Below, piece by piece: positions 26,946 through 37,706 of a DNA stretch of 64,000 nucleotides (positions are counted from its first letter, which is position 1; each line of letters starts with the position of its first letter). Origin of the DNA: a virus. The stretch is from positions 67,486 through 131,485 of the IMG/VR virus record IMGVR_UViG_3300017788_000011; one strand, 5' to 3'. The notes beneath the pieces are model-generated. The model did not search any database. It was not told the origin of the DNA and was given only the letters and a program-made list of their open reading frames with translations. The translations under genes were made by a program, and so were the position numbers.

Positions 26946-29900
26946 ATGGCTGAATTTAAAATTGGTAGATTAAGATTTGTATGGCGCGGTGTATGGACCA
27001 CCGGCTATGATTATGTCAAAGACGACGTAATCAGAGTAGGCGGATCGTCTTATGTCTGTATCGAAGGGCATACTTCGGACTCAACATTTGCCGCAGATTC
27101 CGACAAATGGGAAAGAATGCAAGAAGGTATTCAGTTCAGAGGAAACTGGGCTGGAACCACAATCTATGAAAACAATGACATTGTTGTTTATGGCGGAATT
27201 GCCTATATTGTAACTACAGCACACACATCAACATCCAGTTTTGATCCAACAAAGTTTTCTGCATTGGTCAAGGGTTTTGATTGGAAAGGCACATGGTCGG
27301 GCAGTTCTGTTGATTATAAACTAAACGACTTGGTCAAATACGGACCCAATGTATACCTATGCTCTACAGCACACACCAGTTCAGCCTCGTTTGATGAATC
27401 TAAATGGACATTATTTGTTCCTGGTCTCGAATTTGAAGATTCTTGGAGTTCAGCAACTGTGTACCAAACAGGTGATATCGTAACCTACGGTGGATATGCC
27501 TACGTATCACAACAGAATCACACTAATCAAAATCCTTCTACTGCAACATCTTACTGGGAACTATTAACCACAGGTTATAGAAACGTCGGTACTTGGAGTG
27601 CTGTTACTGCATATAGGGTAGGTAACGTTGTTCAATATGGTGGTAATGCCTATGAAGCAATTGTAGATAGTACCAACCAATTACCAACAAACACCAGTTT
27701 CTGGAGATTGATCGTTCAGGGTCTAAACTTTATTGGAAACTGGGCATCGGGTCAGAGTTATAAACCAGGCGATGTTGTCAACTACGGCAGTTCCAGTTAT
27801 CGTGTAAAACAAAACCACACATCAGCCAACAGTGGCGCACTAAGACCAGATCTTGATACTGGCGGAGTAAACTATGGATTACTCAGCGAAGGCGACAGCA
27901 ATTATGTAACACTCAATCGTGGTGACATCATTGCTCGCGGTGCTACTTCAAATTATAACGTTGCTATTGGCACAGAAGGAAAAGTATTACGTTCAGATGG
28001 GACTGACCCAGTTTGGGAATATCTTGGCATTAGACAAGATGTTTATTATGTAGCACCAGATGGTGTTGATGCTGCCGGTCGAGGCGACAACATTGACAGA
28101 CCGTGGGCCTCAGTTAAATATGCCTGTCAGAACATCACTGGTCCAGCGACAATTTTTGTCAAGAGTGGAACATACGCTGAGCAATTACCAATTGTTGTAC
28201 CTGCTGGAGTTACTGTGTGGGGTGACGATTTAAGAACAGTTGTAATTACTCCAGCCTCCGGCTACGCCGCAGTAGACATGTTTAGAATGCGCAACGGTTC
28301 TAACTTGCGTAACTTAACAATGAGTGGTTTAACCAGCACATTAGGTGCACCACTACCGTCTGGTACAAGAAGAACTACCTGCTCATTTGTAAGTTTAGAT
28401 CCCGGTACAGGTCCTTCAGATACTGCCGCATGGATCAGCACTAAATCACCATATGTACAAAACTGTTCAACATTTGGTACACAGGTCTGCGGTCTTAAAG
28501 TAGACGGAACCCTGCACAACGGCGGAAACAAATCAATCGTTGCCAACGATTTTACACAGATCATTGATGATGGTATTGGTGTATGGTTAAATGGCGGCGC
28601 CAAAGCAGAACTTGTGTCTGTGTTTACCTATTACTGCTACATCGGTTATCTAACCACAAACGGTGGAACTATTCGTGGTGTTAACGGTAACAACTCTTAC
28701 GGTACATATGGTGCTGTGTCTGAGGACGGAGATCCAACAGAAACACCACAGACAGGTACAGTAAACAATAGAAACAATGAAGCACTGATCGGAGGAATTC
28801 TCTGCGGCGGAAGCCAAATTGTTCAAATTGAAATAGAAAACGGTGGTGAAGCGTATACTTCTGCTTCGATTACCATTGCAGGTAACGGTGCAGGACATGT
28901 TATTACTCCTCTGTTTGCCAACGGCGCGATCAGCAGAGTTGATGTAACCAACAATGGTGCTGATCACAAGTTTGCACTGAACAATGCACAGACTGGTACA
29001 GCAACATCTATTACACTGGGTCTAACTGATCAAACAGCAACCAACGCCTACAACGGAATGAGAATTACCATTGTAGACGGACAAGGATCTGGTCAGACTG
29101 CGATCATTTCTTCTTACAACGGCGGTACAAAAGTGGCTACAGTTGTTCAAGAAGACGGTGTAACACCAGGCTGGGATCATTTGATCACAGGAACAGCCAT
29201 TGAAACAGCATTAAACGAAACTACACGTTACCGTATTGAGCCAAGAGTTAGATTAAGCGGCGGAACTGCTCCTTCAACCCCTGCAAAATTACGTGCAGTT
29301 GTTGAAGCCGGCGAAGTTACTGCAATTTATATCTTATCAGGTGGCTCGGGATACAATCCAGCCAGCGCACCTTCTGTGATCATCACTGATCCAAATGCTT
29401 CTGTGTTAGCAGTAGCCACAGTTTTAATTAAGAACGGTGCTATCACAGGATTTACCTATACCAATAGGGGAACTTCATATACCACAGCATCGGGAACAAT
29501 CACTGGTGATGGATATGCAGATATTTTACAAACTGGCGGATATTTGAATGTCAACGGCCTGTCACAGAATATCACTCCAGGTTCAAATATTGCTATTGCA
29601 GGTGATTCTGTAACTTATCGTTGTGTGGCATTTACAGATGCTTCAGGATCATCGCCAAACATCAGCGGCCGCATCAGAATCAGTCCTTATACCAGTAATG
29701 CACCTGCACAGGGAACTGTGGTCACTATTACAGAACGTTATTCAAATGTTCGACTGACAGGTCACGATTTCTTGAATATTGGTACAGGCGGAGTAACCAC
29801 AACTAACTATCCAAATACTCCTACTACTCCTCCAAGTCAAGCCAATGAAGTTGTTGAATACGGTGGTGGTCGGGTGTTCTACACATCAACTGACCAAGAC

Positions 29901-30542
29901 GGTAACTTCCGTGTTGGTGAACTGTTCCGAGTTGAACAGGCAACAGGTATTGCTACACTGAACGCCGATGCGTTTAACTTGAGCGGTTTGAATGAACTGC
30001 AACTTGGTTCTGTAGCATTAGGCGGATCAGGGGTTAGTGTCAGAGAGTTCTCAGCAGACCCGTTGTTAACAGCCAACAGTGATGCTGTTGTACCAACTCA
30101 GAGAGCAATTAAAACATTCGTTGAAAATATTATCGGTGCTGGTGGATCGAACCTTGTGGCTAACTCAATTACCTTAGGTGGTATGGAGTTAACCGGCAAT
30201 CAGATTTCTGCCACAGGTGCTTTAGATCTTGTGTTAACAACCATAGATCCAACAACCTCAATAGTATTCAACAGAATACCAGAAACCAGTATTGCTCCAA
30301 CCAGCGGTGATCATTTAACCAATAAAACTTATACAGATTACACTTATGCTCCAACTATACAAAATCTTTCATTTAATGTTGCATCTGGAAGATTGACCTA
30401 TGTTGAAGAACATGCTGATTCTGCTCAAACAGTTACACAGGCAGATCCAGAATCAATAACACAACGTGATCAAGCATATATTGGACAGGTTAGATCGAGT
30501 TTTTCAATCAATGCCAGCGGGCATTTGATAATTACAATGTAA
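26946..30542 (+). CDS. Tail fibre/spike protein: CBM5/12-like W-x4-Y-x2-D-x-V repeats plus pectin-lyase-like beta-helix
   Basis: About six W....Y..(G/N)D.V.YG...Y repeats; YYVAPDG.D, TIFVKSGTY.E, SPYVQNCS, NDFTQ; TAAATA 26916-26921. Confidence 0.75.
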   Translation: MAEFKIGRLRFVWRGVWTTGYDYVKDDVIRVGGSSYVCIEGHTSDSTFAADSDKWERMQEGIQFRGNWAGTTIYENNDIVVYGGIAYIVTTAHTSTSSFDPTKFSALVKGFDWKGTWSGSSVDYKLNDLVKYGPNVYLCSTAHTSSASFDESKWTLFVPGLEFEDSWSSATVYQTGDIVTYGGYAYVSQQNHTNQNPSTATSYWELLTTGYRNVGTWSAVTAYRVGNVVQYGGNAYEAIVDSTNQLPTNTSFWRLIVQGLNFIGNWASGQSYKPGDVVNYGSSSYRVKQNHTSANSGALRPDLDTGGVNYGLLSEGDSNYVTLNRGDIIARGATSNYNVAIGTEGKVLRSDGTDPVWEYLGIRQDVYYVAPDGVDAAGRGDNIDRPWASVKYACQNITGPATIFVKSGTYAEQLPIVVPAGVTVWGDDLRTVVITPASGYAAVDMFRMRNGSNLRNLTMSGLTSTLGAPLPSGTRRTTCSFVSLDPGTGPSDTAAWISTKSPYVQNCSTFGTQVCGLKVDGTLHNGGNKSIVANDFTQIIDDGIGVWLNGGAKAELVSVFTYYCYIGYLTTNGGTIRGVNGNNSYGTYGAVSEDGDPTETPQTGTVNNRNNEALIGGILCGGSQIVQIEIENGGEAYTSASITIAGNGAGHVITPLFANGAISRVDVTNNGADHKFALNNAQTGTATSITLGLTDQTATNAYNGMRITIVDGQGSGQTAIISSYNGGTKVATVVQEDGVTPGWDHLITGTAIETALNETTRYRIEPRVRLSGGTAPSTPAKLRAVVEAGEVTAIYILSGGSGYNPASAPSVIITDPNASVLAVATVLIKNGAITGFTYTNRGTSYTTASGTITGDGYADILQTGGYLNVNGLSQNITPGSNIAIAGDSVTYRCVAFTDASGSSPNISGRIRISPYTSNAPAQGTVVTITERYSNVRLTGHDFLNIGTGGVTTTNYPNTPTTPPSQANEVVEYGGGRVFYTSTDQDGNFRVGELFRVEQATGIATLNADAFNLSGLNELQLGSVALGGSGVSVREFSADPLLTANSDAVVPTQRAIKTFVENIIGAGGSNLVANSITLGGMELTGNQISATGALDLVLTTIDPTTSIVFNRIPETSIAPTSGDHLTNKTYTDYTYAPTIQNLSFNVASGRLTYVEEHADSAQTVTQADPESITQRDQAYIGQVRSSFSINASGHLIITM

Positions 30543-30562
30543 TGAATTAAGGGAAGATAGAC

Positions 30563-32671
30563 ATGCCAACAACAGCATTAGGATCAACAAGATTTGTCAA
30601 ACAGGGAGTATGGGACGTATCAACGGCCTACTCAATCGACGATGTAGTTTACTACAACGGAAGTTGGTATTTGTGTACAGCAAATGCCATAGCAGGGACA
30701 CTGCCAACTAACACCAGTTTTTACACATCCTGGCAACAGGCGTTTAACTGGCGAGGCACACACGTTAACACGTCGGGCACTGCTTATGCTGTGGGAGATG
30801 TGGTAAAATACACAACCTCCTACACCACAGGAGCACTGACAGCAGGAACATTTGAACGAACAGCCACTCAGGTCTATCGATGTACAACTGCACATACTGC
30901 CGACGGTACAAACACTTATCTTCCGATTAACGTTACATATTGGACATTAGTCAGTTCCAGTTCTTACAACGACGGCACAGTGAGTCTTGTCACAGCAAAG
31001 ATTACAGAAACACGCGGTGTTACAGGCAGCAGTCCAGATAAAGCAGTGAAATTTCAGAATCAAGGTTTAGTTGGCGACACAGATGTTCGTTATCTAAAAG
31101 GTACAAACAGAAGTCATTCCGGTTCATACGATCGCGGAGGATTTATCACCCAAGACGGCCAATGGCGATCTTGGGGATTAAACAGCAATCAAGTTATGGG
31201 AAATAACCTCACCTATGGCCCACATTCTGCAACCACAAGTTTCTTCTTTAACGATTGGTTCCGTTCAACATCAAACGGTGGTGCTGGTGTACACTCAACT
31301 CCGGATAACAAAATTCCTCGAGTAGTACAAGTCGACGGCGGTTGGGACTTTACATTGGTATTGTTTAACAACGGCGAAGTTTACCATCTTGGCCACGGAG
31401 GCAACGGTGAAAGTGGCGATCGTTCAAACAGCACCCGTTATATTGCTCGTGTAGGTGGTACGTATACAGAAACAGCCGTGGCACTAAACACTTCTACACA
31501 CCTGTTTAGAGACATTAGAATTAAGAGAATTACTACCAGCGGCAGCGAAAGAGGTTCGGCAGCGCACCACTGTGTAGCACTTGACGAAGACGGCCAAGTA
31601 TGGACCTGGGGTTATAATGCCTACGGCCAACTTGGTGATAACTCTGTAACTTCACGTAATATTCCAACACTGATCAACAAAGCGTTCTTTGGACTAACAG
31701 GTTCAGAAAAGGTAGTGGCTATTTGGGCAGGTGGTGGAGAATATGGTTATAACTTTGCCTTAACAGAAAAGAATACACTGTTCGCCTGGGGTTATAATAA
31801 CTACGGACATCTTGGGTTAGGTACAACCAGCACCAACGTTCGTGTGCCTACAGAAGTTACCACTCAAACTTGGACCTCAGCAGCCGCAGGAACAATTACA
31901 AAAATTGTCACAGCAGACGGATATACTACAACACCTTACAGTTGTACAGCAATTTTAACTTCAAAAGGATCTGTATATGTAGCAGGTTATAATGCCGCAG
32001 GCCATATGATGTTAAACAACACCAGCCAGCAAAACTCGTTTACAATTGTAACATCAGGACCAGGAGCCAGTCTTACTGCTAACGATGTTTGGATGACCAA
32101 CGGCACTTATGCTTCTATGTGGGTCACAGACATAGCCAGTAAAAAACTCTGGGCCTGTGGTTCTAACAACAGCGGGCAGTTAGGTATTCTTGGAACTAAC
32201 GCTACTTACAGCACAGCACAAGAGTGTGTCAAATCAATCAACAATGTGCAGACTGCATTGACAGGTGTAACAAAATTATCAGCATTAGGTGCTTCAACCA
32301 GCGGTGTTAATACCACAGTTATTGTAGCAACCAGCGATGGCTGGAGTTACGGTGCCGGCTACAATGGCTACGGGCAATTAAGTCTTGGAACATCAAACAC
32401 CTATCATTACCAACACAGCGACAACAACGGCAAAGAATCCACAGGACAGCGAGGTTTCCATATGATTAAAATGCCACCTTCATTGGCTGGTAACGTTGCG
32501 GATGTTACTATCTATGGCTACTCTGATAACGGTTCTATAGGATATCATGAGTGTACCTGGTTAAGCACAACTGGACAGGTATTCCAAGCCGGTTATAATT
32601 CTTCGTTTAGCGTTACAGGATCAACCAACGGCGAACACTATAACATTATGCGACCAGTTATTACAAGTTAA
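30563..32671 (+). CDS. RCC1/BLIP-II repeat beta-propeller protein with N-terminal CBM-like repeats
   Basis: Repeated G.VWTWGYN.YGQLG motifs. Confidence 0.8.
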   Translation: MPTTALGSTRFVKQGVWDVSTAYSIDDVVYYNGSWYLCTANAIAGTLPTNTSFYTSWQQAFNWRGTHVNTSGTAYAVGDVVKYTTSYTTGALTAGTFERTATQVYRCTTAHTADGTNTYLPINVTYWTLVSSSSYNDGTVSLVTAKITETRGVTGSSPDKAVKFQNQGLVGDTDVRYLKGTNRSHSGSYDRGGFITQDGQWRSWGLNSNQVMGNNLTYGPHSATTSFFFNDWFRSTSNGGAGVHSTPDNKIPRVVQVDGGWDFTLVLFNNGEVYHLGHGGNGESGDRSNSTRYIARVGGTYTETAVALNTSTHLFRDIRIKRITTSGSERGSAAHHCVALDEDGQVWTWGYNAYGQLGDNSVTSRNIPTLINKAFFGLTGSEKVVAIWAGGGEYGYNFALTEKNTLFAWGYNNYGHLGLGTTSTNVRVPTEVTTQTWTSAAAGTITKIVTADGYTTTPYSCTAILTSKGSVYVAGYNAAGHMMLNNTSQQNSFTIVTSGPGASLTANDVWMTNGTYASMWVTDIASKKLWACGSNNSGQLGILGTNATYSTAQECVKSINNVQTALTGVTKLSALGASTSGVNTTVIVATSDGWSYGAGYNGYGQLSLGTSNTYHYQHSDNNGKESTGQRGFHMIKMPPSLAGNVADVTIYGYSDNGSIGYHECTWLSTTGQVFQAGYNSSFSVTGSTNGEHYNIMRPVITS

Positions 32672-32683
32672 AAGGAAAAGAAA

Positions 32684-35071
32684 ATGGCAATATTAGATCT
32701 TGGTAAAGTAAAACTTTTATGGCGCGGTAACTGGGCTACAGGCACTGCCTACGAAAAAGATGACGTTGTCTACAGCAACGGATCTGTGTGGATCTGTACG
32801 CAGAGTCATGCGGCTTCTACATCGGGACAGGGACTTAATAGATTAGCACCAGGCAAACGTTTTAGACAAAGTGGTTATGGTGTTACCTATGACAACGAAA
32901 AACCAGTAGTAATTTATGATGTTTCTAAACGAGGCGGAAAATTTTATCTCAACGGTAGACTAAATCCAAACATTACCATTGAAAAAGGTCACACATATCG
33001 TTTTTATGTTCACGACTCAACTATGAGCGGTGTAAGTTTTAGATTTGCCACATCAACAGACGGATCTACTTATACATCGGGGGTAACAACCCGTGGTGCT
33101 GGTGCAGAAAACACTGCTTATGTGCAGATCACTGTGCCCACTGACGCACCTGCTACACTGTATTACAAACAAGACGGTGTTGCCGGTGTTGCAGACACTG
33201 CTACGATCACAGTATCAGCAATATGGCAAGGCTGGCAGTACTGGGAGGAATTATCTTCCGGTCTTAAGTGGGCAGGAAACTGGAGCAACAGCACACAGTA
33301 CTATACAAATGACGTTGTAGTCTATGATGGAAATATGTATTATGCACTCTGCGACAGTGTAGGAGAAATACCAGACATTACTTCTGCACACAGATCGCAG
33401 TATATTGAATGGTTGGGACAACAGACCACACAGAGAAATAACTACACATGGCATTTATTAGCAGGAAATCAACACAAGCGCAGACACGATCTTATCATGT
33501 GGATGCCTAATCAAGGACCTGTAAATTGGCCTTATCTACACAACGATGATGTAGAACCAGCGACATATAGAAAGTTTCAATATATTTCTTCAGATGGTAG
33601 AGTTATGGGGCTTGGAGCAGGAACATCAGGAAATAACTCAGGGATGAACAGCGCAGGCGGGGTTACCAGTTACATTCAAGAACATCCATTTTATTTCATG
33701 GAATGGTGGAAATCCAGAGAAGCAGTGTATTCAGACGGTAGCAAATTACCGAGGCTTGAAGAAGGCAGTATGCCGGGTACTGGTTATAACCGACTGATCA
33801 ATCGCGGCGGAGAAGTTCCTAAGTGTATTCAAATTGAATTGAGTTACGATTCAACCTATTATCTGTTTGACAACGGCGAACTATGGTCGCTGGGCTATAA
33901 CGCACAGGGAAACAAAGGCCTGGGAACTACCTCTAACAGAGACCGCCCAGTTCGAGTACAGAATTTTGCAGATAGAAAAATCATCAAAGTCTCATCCAGT
34001 AAACAGTATGAAAATTCAACCCACCATGTCATGGCTCTTGACGACGAAGGCGATGTATGGACTTGGGGCTATAACGGTTATGGGCAACTTGGGCACGGCC
34101 ACAGCAGAGATGTCTACAGTCCAAGACGTATTCCCAGAGAGTGGTTTGATGGCGAAGAAATCATCGACATCTTAGCCGCAGGCAATGAGTACGGCACCAG
34201 TTACGTACGAACCAAGAGCAGTTTTTTATACTCTTGGGGATATAATGCTGTAGGACAACTGGGTGTAGGCGATACAACCAATAGATGGAAACCAACTAAG
34301 ATTCTGTCTTTCAATCCTGTGACCAACGGCGGCATACTAAAATTTGCCATGAGCGGATCAAGTTCTGGCTCGTTCCATTTATTAGACGGCAACGGTTACA
34401 TGTGGCATGCTGGATTTAACGGCTACGGCACAGCATTAAACGCTGGTACTACAAACAACAATACTTTAGCCAGATCAACTTTGGCGCCTACAGCAGGAGC
34501 CACTGTTAATTTTTGGGCCAGCTCGCCCAGCGGTTATAATATGATTGTTATGAGAACCAATAACGGTAACACATATTTTTCCGGATATAACGGTGCCTAT
34601 TATCATTCAGGTATTGGCAATCAGACCACACCGCAGAGTTCTCCGACATTGGTTCCAACTATAACTAACGTTAAGAAAGTCTGTTTCAGAGGAACCCACT
34701 CTACTCCTATTAGAAGTTACTGGCTAACTGACAGCGGTAGATTATATAGTCAAGGTTACAGTAACTATAGCGCACACGGCAATGAATACGGATCAAACAG
34801 TCTTATTCAAAACGGTGTTAACTATTATGTAACTTCCATGGCCATCCCGTCGGGGACTAAGATTATTGATATGTGGGTTAGTTGTGCTGATGAAGGCACA
34901 AACTATGCAGGTTCATCAAACTATTTCCTCTGCGACAACGGACAGGTATTTGGCAACGGATATTCTGGTCGAGGTAACAGCGTCAATAACTTAATGATGG
35001 GTAATCATAGCGGGGCATGGAACGCAGGTATACTGTATCCATATCAAATATCTAAAGGATATTGTAATTAA
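32684..35071 (+). CDS. RCC1/BLIP-II repeat beta-propeller protein with N-terminal CBM-like repeats
   Basis: ALDDEGDVWTWGYNGYGQLG, LYSWGYNAVGQLG; N-terminal LGKVKLLWRGNW. Confidence 0.8.
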   Translation: MAILDLGKVKLLWRGNWATGTAYEKDDVVYSNGSVWICTQSHAASTSGQGLNRLAPGKRFRQSGYGVTYDNEKPVVIYDVSKRGGKFYLNGRLNPNITIEKGHTYRFYVHDSTMSGVSFRFATSTDGSTYTSGVTTRGAGAENTAYVQITVPTDAPATLYYKQDGVAGVADTATITVSAIWQGWQYWEELSSGLKWAGNWSNSTQYYTNDVVVYDGNMYYALCDSVGEIPDITSAHRSQYIEWLGQQTTQRNNYTWHLLAGNQHKRRHDLIMWMPNQGPVNWPYLHNDDVEPATYRKFQYISSDGRVMGLGAGTSGNNSGMNSAGGVTSYIQEHPFYFMEWWKSREAVYSDGSKLPRLEEGSMPGTGYNRLINRGGEVPKCIQIELSYDSTYYLFDNGELWSLGYNAQGNKGLGTTSNRDRPVRVQNFADRKIIKVSSSKQYENSTHHVMALDDEGDVWTWGYNGYGQLGHGHSRDVYSPRRIPREWFDGEEIIDILAAGNEYGTSYVRTKSSFLYSWGYNAVGQLGVGDTTNRWKPTKILSFNPVTNGGILKFAMSGSSSGSFHLLDGNGYMWHAGFNGYGTALNAGTTNNNTLARSTLAPTAGATVNFWASSPSGYNMIVMRTNNGNTYFSGYNGAYYHSGIGNQTTPQSSPTLVPTITNVKKVCFRGTHSTPIRSYWLTDSGRLYSQGYSNYSAHGNEYGSNSLIQNGVNYYVTSMAIPSGTKIIDMWVSCADEGTNYAGSSNYFLCDNGQVFGNGYSGRGNSVNNLMMGNHSGAWNAGILYPYQISKGYCN

Positions 35072-35088
35072 TTTTAAAGGAGTCAAAA

Positions 35089-35514
35089 ATGACAATGAAA
35101 GTTTGCAGTTTTGTGGAAAAGTCAGGTGTTACTAACCCACAATTTAATAAAACAGATAACACCGTTACAGATGATGTTGTTCAACTGGGAAACGAAGGAA
35201 CAAAATTCTTTTTTTCCTTTGACGATAGCAACGTTACAGTAGAGGCAGATTCTGCCTCTGAATTCAAAGTCTATGACTTTGCCAATGCTTCAGATGTAGC
35301 AGAAATCAAATCAAATATTGTAGCCATGCGCTATATTATTCAGCAGTGTGCGTCATTTGAAGATAAATTTATGCTAAACAGAAATGTATACTCTGTAGTC
35401 AAAGCCATTAAAAACAACGACACAGAATTTGCGGCTGCCCTGGATGCCTGCGAAGATGAAAAAGATGCTTTCTTACAAGGATTAGGTTTTCCAGGCGTTA
35501 GCATTCTCAGTTAA
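35089..35514 (+). CDS. Hypothetical protein (possible fibre chaperone)
   Basis: 141-aa ORF with AAGGAG RBS between RCC1 genes. Confidence 0.7.
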   Translation: MTMKVCSFVEKSGVTNPQFNKTDNTVTDDVVQLGNEGTKFFFSFDDSNVTVEADSASEFKVYDFANASDVAEIKSNIVAMRYIIQQCASFEDKFMLNRNVYSVVKAIKNNDTEFAAALDACEDEKDAFLQGLGFPGVSILS

Positions 35515-35530
35515 TTAAGGACAGGACAAA

Positions 35531-37690
35531 ATGAATCCTATAGATATTTCAAAATTAAAAAACAGATGGTTGGGCAGTTGGAATCCCGGTGTACAATATA
35601 AAACTAATGATGTTGTGCAGTGGAGAGGATCGAGCTACGTCTGTATTCAAGATATTCCCTCAGACAAAATTGTGGTAGCAGATACCTCAGTTAGTACAAA
35701 TATGTACATGTCAGTTCCGCCCAACGTTGTGTTAAAGTCTATAGACCCCACAGACTCGGCATATTGGATTGACATGTCTCCAGGAATGAAATACAAAAAA
35801 GCCTGGGCTCCGAGATCTACATATACACAAGGTGACATTGTAGAACTTGGCGGTGATCTCTACATCTGTATTCAAGGGGAAGTGCGTAATACCTACGTTA
35901 CTGATTCAACATATTGGACCAAGATTTTTGAAAACGCAGACAGAGATCAGCGTTATGTTTCTGCTGATTTTATCAATCAGCAGCCACTGGGCTGGACACG
36001 CAACAACGGAGACCAATGGTGGGGCAGCGGAAACATGGGCTACCACTTTGGATTTATCGGCTGTGACGGCAGTGCCTATGTAGGTGGCGCAAGATATCGC
36101 GGCACCGGCATGGGAGCAAATGCTAACAACAACTTTGGTCAAAGCGGCTGGGCCACTCCGGGATTTACCTTTGTAGATTGGTTAAGTTCCACAGACAAAG
36201 GTGGTGCAGGACCATTAACAACGCCCGACGGACAACCACCAAAATTGATTCAGTGGGCCTGCCAAGCAGGGGATACTACCGCAGTCAGCGGCGGCGTAAG
36301 TCTATGGTTGTTTAACAACGGCGAAGTGTATTCTTCGGGGTATAATGCACACGGACAACTCGGTATCACTTCGGGCGACACCACAGAACGCTATTGGCCA
36401 ATTCGTGTTACAGCCAATGAAACCACAGACTGGTGGGGCAACACTATTCCTAAAACATTCAATCAAACTAAGATTATCAAAGTCTGTCTTAGCGGAACAC
36501 CTCATTGGAACGAAGGACCACAGAGCTGTTATGCCATAGGTGATGATGGTTCTGTATGGTCCTGGGGGTATAACGGTTACGGCCAACTGGGTCTTGGTCC
36601 AGAATCTACTACCACTAACAGCATTGGTCAGGCAGAAACTAACCAAACTATACCTAAGCGAATTCCTCAACAGCATTTTGACAATAAAAAGATTGTTGAT
36701 ATCATGGCATTTGGTGGTAGATACGGTTATTGTTTTGCCTTAGACGAGGATGGATTCCTATGGTCTTGGGGTCTTGCTGTTCGCGGTGGTACAGGTCTTG
36801 CTGACAGACATGCAGACACTGGCTATACAATCGGACGTCAGTTTACACCAGTGAGAATTTCTATAGATTGGAATCGTCACGGTGGCATGAAAAAATTAAT
36901 GTCTATGAACTCTGTGGGCAACTATGAATTCACTTATATCCTTGACGGCGACGGATACATTTGGTATGCTGGACAATCTAACGTCATGGGACAGGCCAGT
37001 ATTGCATCTGTGACCAATAGAAACGGTGACGAATCTACTCCCAAGTTTACTCGACTTGATAAAAACTGGTTCGGTGAACACAAAATTGAAAACTTTTGGA
37101 TGGTAGGCAGTAACTATGACTACAACGTCTATTTCAGAGAAAAGGGCACCGGCTTATTATATGTAATGGGAACAAACCAGGAAGGTCAAATGGGTACTCA
37201 AAATAACCATAGATACAGTGACGCATCCTGGTCACCATTTCCCACAGTAATTCGCAATGTTAGATATCCCAAAGAAGTGGTTACGTTCTTCACAGGTAGT
37301 AATACCTACGCTAACACAGTCTGTGTAGTCTCAGACGACGGGGAATGCCACGGCTCGGGCCTTAACAGTTACGGCAGCCTTGGTTTTGGATTCGGTGGAG
37401 ACAGTTACCCGGGTGTGGCAGAAGTCGAAGACCAGAGTTCTAATAACCTGTTTAGACGCATACCTATGCCACCAGGAACCACAATAACAAATATCAACTC
37501 TTGGGGCACACCCGGTTATGATGCCAGTATATGGCGTTCAGACAGCGGCGGGATACTGATTGCAGGCTTTGATGGTGAGAATGAAGGTAATCATATGTTA
37601 CAAGGACATATCAATACCAGACGTTATCGTCAAACTGTCGGCAACCCAGGATCGTACCACGCATATCACATGCACAGTTATCCAGGTTAA
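35531..37690 (+). CDS. RCC1/BLIP-II repeat beta-propeller protein with N-terminal CBM-like repeats
   Basis: DDGSVWSWGYNGYGQLG, GEVYSSGYNAHGQLG, GLNSYGSLG. Confidence 0.8.
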   Translation: MNPIDISKLKNRWLGSWNPGVQYKTNDVVQWRGSSYVCIQDIPSDKIVVADTSVSTNMYMSVPPNVVLKSIDPTDSAYWIDMSPGMKYKKAWAPRSTYTQGDIVELGGDLYICIQGEVRNTYVTDSTYWTKIFENADRDQRYVSADFINQQPLGWTRNNGDQWWGSGNMGYHFGFIGCDGSAYVGGARYRGTGMGANANNNFGQSGWATPGFTFVDWLSSTDKGGAGPLTTPDGQPPKLIQWACQAGDTTAVSGGVSLWLFNNGEVYSSGYNAHGQLGITSGDTTERYWPIRVTANETTDWWGNTIPKTFNQTKIIKVCLSGTPHWNEGPQSCYAIGDDGSVWSWGYNGYGQLGLGPESTTTNSIGQAETNQTIPKRIPQQHFDNKKIVDIMAFGGRYGYCFALDEDGFLWSWGLAVRGGTGLADRHADTGYTIGRQFTPVRISIDWNRHGGMKKLMSMNSVGNYEFTYILDGDGYIWYAGQSNVMGQASIASVTNRNGDESTPKFTRLDKNWFGEHKIENFWMVGSNYDYNVYFREKGTGLLYVMGTNQEGQMGTQNNHRYSDASWSPFPTVIRNVRYPKEVVTFFTGSNTYANTVCVVSDDGECHGSGLNSYGSLGFGFGGDSYPGVAEVEDQSSNNLFRRIPMPPGTTITNINSWGTPGYDASIWRSDSGGILIAGFDGENEGNHMLQGHINTRRYRQTVGNPGSYHAYHMHSYPG

Positions 37691-37706
37691 TTTATAGTAG
37701 AGAGAA

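Noticed and set aside
30563-37690. Diversity-generating retroelement acting on RCC1/fibre genes
   Set aside because: No reverse transcriptase and no near-identical TR/VR pair noticed in the window; paralog similarity is at protein level.
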